Below, one piece after another: positions 61,849 through 64,000 of a stretch of 64,000 bases of DNA. A program made the position numbers and the translations under genes. The stretch lies in assembly GCA_963663165.1 (NCBI GenBank), contig OY760175.1, positions 2,144,001-2,208,000 on the forward strand, written 5' to 3'. How positions within the stretch are numbered: position 1 is the stretch's first letter; each line of letters opens with the position of its first letter. The stretch is from an uncultured Desulfospira sp. (GTDB taxonomy: Bacteria; Desulfobacterota; Desulfobacteria; Desulfobacterales; Desulfobacteraceae). The notes beneath the pieces were generated by a model. The model searched no databases, was not told where the DNA came from, and saw only the letters and a list, made by a program, of their open reading frames with translations.

Positions 61849-62700
61849 TTATTTCAGGCTTTTTAGCTTTTCCTTGGCATACTTGGCCTCGTTGGTGTCC
61901 GGATGCCGTTTGATCAATTCGTTCAAAATCAACCGGGCATTGGCTTTTTCACCGAGTTCGGCAAAGGAGTATCCTTGTTTGAGCCTTGCCGCAGCGGTTT
62001 TGTTGGAATTACGGTAATCGTCCAGAACCTTCTGGTATTCGAGGATGGCCTTTTCATACCATTTCTCGGCATAGTATGAATCGGCAATCCAGTACCTGGC
62101 ATTATCCGCATTATGGGAATCCGGATACTTGTTGATAAAATTTTCAAACTGAATCCGGGCGTTCTCCATATCCCCTTTGTCGAAAAGGGTTTTGGCATTG
62201 TCGTACAGCTGGGTTTCAGACATGGCGTCCGCATTTTCCGGCAGGGTATTTCCGGCCGGCTTGTCGGCGTCTGCCGGTGCGGCAGTAGGTTCGAACCCCA
62301 TGTAATTTTCAAGCTTGATCAGCCGCTCATCATTTCTGGATATGGCAGCATCAAACCGGGTCAGTTCATTTTCAAAATCTTCCCACCGTCTCGCACTGCT
62401 GCTGCCAAGGGTTTGGTTCAACTCCTGGGTCCGGGTCTGAATCTGCTCAACTTTTTCTTTTACCAGGTTGAGTTCATAATTTGTTTCAGCATATTTTTCC
62501 CGGTTTTCATTGGTCACCTGGTCTAACCGGCCGGAAAACTCCCGGCCCTGGCTTTCCTTTGCCTGCAAATCTGAAGACAGGCGGGTATTTTCCGCTTCCA
62601 GGGCCGCTACCCTGTTTTCAAGGAGTTTATACTGATCCTGGCCCACACAGCCGGTCAATAAAAATAATAAACCACATGCGAATAATATATTCAGTTTCAT
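61849..62700 (-). CDS. cpoB: Tol-Pal protein CpoB/YbgF
   Basis: Lipobox LTGC, coiled coil, C-terminal TPRs; downstream of pal. Confidence 0.87.
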   Translation of the reverse strand: MKLNILFACGLLFLLTGCVGQDQYKLLENRVAALEAENTRLSSDLQAKESQGREFSGRLDQVTNENREKYAETNYELNLVKEKVEQIQTRTQELNQTLGSSSARRWEDFENELTRFDAAISRNDERLIKLENYMGFEPTAAPADADKPAGNTLPENADAMSETQLYDNAKTLFDKGDMENARIQFENFINKYPDSHNADNARYWIADSYYAEKWYEKAILEYQKVLDDYRNSNKTAAARLKQGYSFAELGEKANARLILNELIKRHPDTNEAKYAKEKLKSLK

Positions 62701-62754
62701 ACCAAAGCTCCGGACAAGGGGCTTTCCCCACGGCAAACGGGGGTGCCCCTTATC

Positions 62755-62806
62755 TCTAGAAAAACACTGGTTCGTTCCTATCTAGAAAAACACTGGTTCG
62801 TTCCTA
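62755..62806. repeat. Perfect 26-bp tandem duplication (2 copies)
   Basis: TCTAGAAAAACACTGGTTCGTTCCTA twice with no spacer. Confidence 0.85.
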
Positions 62807-62884
62807 TAATGATGAAACCCCGTGTTTGGACAAAAGGCCGCCCATATGCACGGCAAAGCAGATGAGCGACGTTTTGTTTAAACA

Positions 62885-63463
62885 CTAGTTCAGAACAAAT
62901 TGTGCCCGGCGATTGAGCCGGTAAGCCGCTTCATTATGGGCCGGATCAAGGGGCTGTTCTTCGCCGAAACTGACGGTATTCATCCGGGAGTTGGACACAC
63001 CAAGGTCAGACAGGTATTTTTTTACCGCACTGGCCCGTTTTTCTCCCAATGCCAGGTTATATTCGGTGGTTCCCCTTTCATCACAATGCCCCTGGATAAT
63101 GACTGAAACTGACGTGTTATTCTGGAGCCAGGCGGCTTTTTCCTTTAAAAGTGTTTTGGCATCATAGGAAAGCTCTGCACTGTCATAGTCAAAAAGGATA
63201 TTCTCATTGAAGAACTTGTCTTTTGCCTGGGCCAGCATGGCTTGTCTTCTGGCCTCTTCTCTGGCCTGCTGGTCCGCAAGTTCCTGCTGCCGGATCCGTT
63301 CTGCCTCTGCTTCGGCCCTGGCTTTGGCATCAGCGTCGGTCCCGGAATCGTCCTGGACCGTTGTATCACCCGTTTTAACTTCCGGTTTTCCACAGGATAC
63401 CGTCATAAAAAGCCCGGCCACAAGCAGTGCCATCATCAGATTTACCCACAGTCTCTTGTTCAT
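62885..63463 (-). CDS. pal: Peptidoglycan-associated lipoprotein
   Basis: Lipobox VSC, FDYDS, GHCDERGTTEYNLALG, SFGEE, NRR. Confidence 0.95.
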   Translation of the reverse strand: MNKRLWVNLMMALLVAGLFMTVSCGKPEVKTGDTTVQDDSGTDADAKARAEAEAERIRQQELADQQAREEARRQAMLAQAKDKFFNENILFDYDSAELSYDAKTLLKEKAAWLQNNTSVSVIIQGHCDERGTTEYNLALGEKRASAVKKYLSDLGVSNSRMNTVSFGEEQPLDPAHNEAAYRLNRRAQFVLN

Positions 63464-63518
63464 AATCCCTCCTTCACGTTAATAGATTATTTAAGTTCTG
63501 ATTCTTAATTCATCATTT

Positions 63519-64000
63519 TCAAAAAGCACCACCCTGGGACCAGCACGGCTGGGTTTGTTTCCCCCCAAAAGAGAAGAGCCGCCGCTGGTCTGTACCGGCT
63601 GCCGTCATGACAAAAATCTTGGCCACCCCGCCTTCACGGGTGGAAGAAAAAGCAATCAGGCTCCCGTCCGGGGACCAGGTGGGGTCCTCGTTATCTCCCT
63701 GGTTCCGGGTTAACTGAATGGGAACCCCTATCCCGGCATCAAGGTCTGACCCCAGCTTAATTACAAACAAATCAATCTGATTTTTTTCAATGCCCACATA
63801 GGCAATCCGAGACCCGTCCGGGGACCAGGCCGGGGATGTATTATACTTTCCCTGAAACGTCACCCGTCTCACATCGCCGGATGAAAGGTCCTTAACGTAA
63901 ATCTGAGGGGTGCCGCCCCGGTTGGAGGTAAAAGCTATTTTAGTTCCGTCCGGAGAAAATCTTGGGGAAACATTGATCCCATAGCTTTGGGATATCTTTT
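63519..64000 (-). CDS. tolB: TolB, 5'-truncated by the window edge
   Basis: Repeated PxWSPDG/FSPDG propeller motifs upstream of pal. Confidence 0.9.
   Translation of the reverse strand, partial: KISQSYGINVSPRFSPDGTKIAFTSNRGGTPQIYVKDLSSGDVRRVTFQGKYNTSPAWSPDGSRIAYVGIEKNQIDLFVIKLGSDLDAGIGVPIQLTRNQGDNEDPTWSPDGSLIAFSSTREGGVAKIFVMTAAGTDQRRLFSFGGKQTQPCWSQGGAF

Noticed and set aside
62755..62806. Possible CRISPR repeat
   Set aside because: Only two abutting copies, no spacer, and no cas genes in the window.

Overview
Bacterial chromosomal window; gene content and style suggest Desulfobacterota, possibly Desulfobacteraceae, but this is inference only. Bases 1-39.5 kb form one co-oriented (minus-strand), visibly AT-richer surface-glycan locus, truncated at the left edge and headed by a MarR-type regulator. 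It encodes Wzz, Wzx and a Wzy-like protein; WbpB and a WbpD-WbpE fusion; FnlA and FnlB; a UDP-sulfoquinovose synthase (SqdB); three sulfotransferases; seven SAM methyltransferases; and an AsnB-type amidotransferase. It also holds a nested undecaprenyl-phosphate-type tailoring cassette (ArnC-like GT2, SMR flippase pair, YfhO GT-C) with aminotransferases, WbqC, an ATP-grasp enzyme, a PHP protein and a radical SAM enzyme. One flippase subunit is frameshifted at a T10 tract, and a wbqC remnant is present. Bases 39.6-64 kb are mostly core genes (dacB, folE2, ttcA, rpoZ, greA, psd, tsaB, lon, pilD, cheX, hup, sbcB, rpsI, rplM, ruvCAB, cpoB, pal, tolB). This part also has a MotB-like/LPP20 pair, a MITE-like element with an 8-bp target duplication, and a four-gene Csd6-like / membrane scaffold / Csd4-like / bactofilin module resembling the Helicobacter/Campylobacter cell-shape machinery. 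No rRNA, tRNA or CRISPR array was recognised. All calls come from motif recognition by eye; no database search was run.
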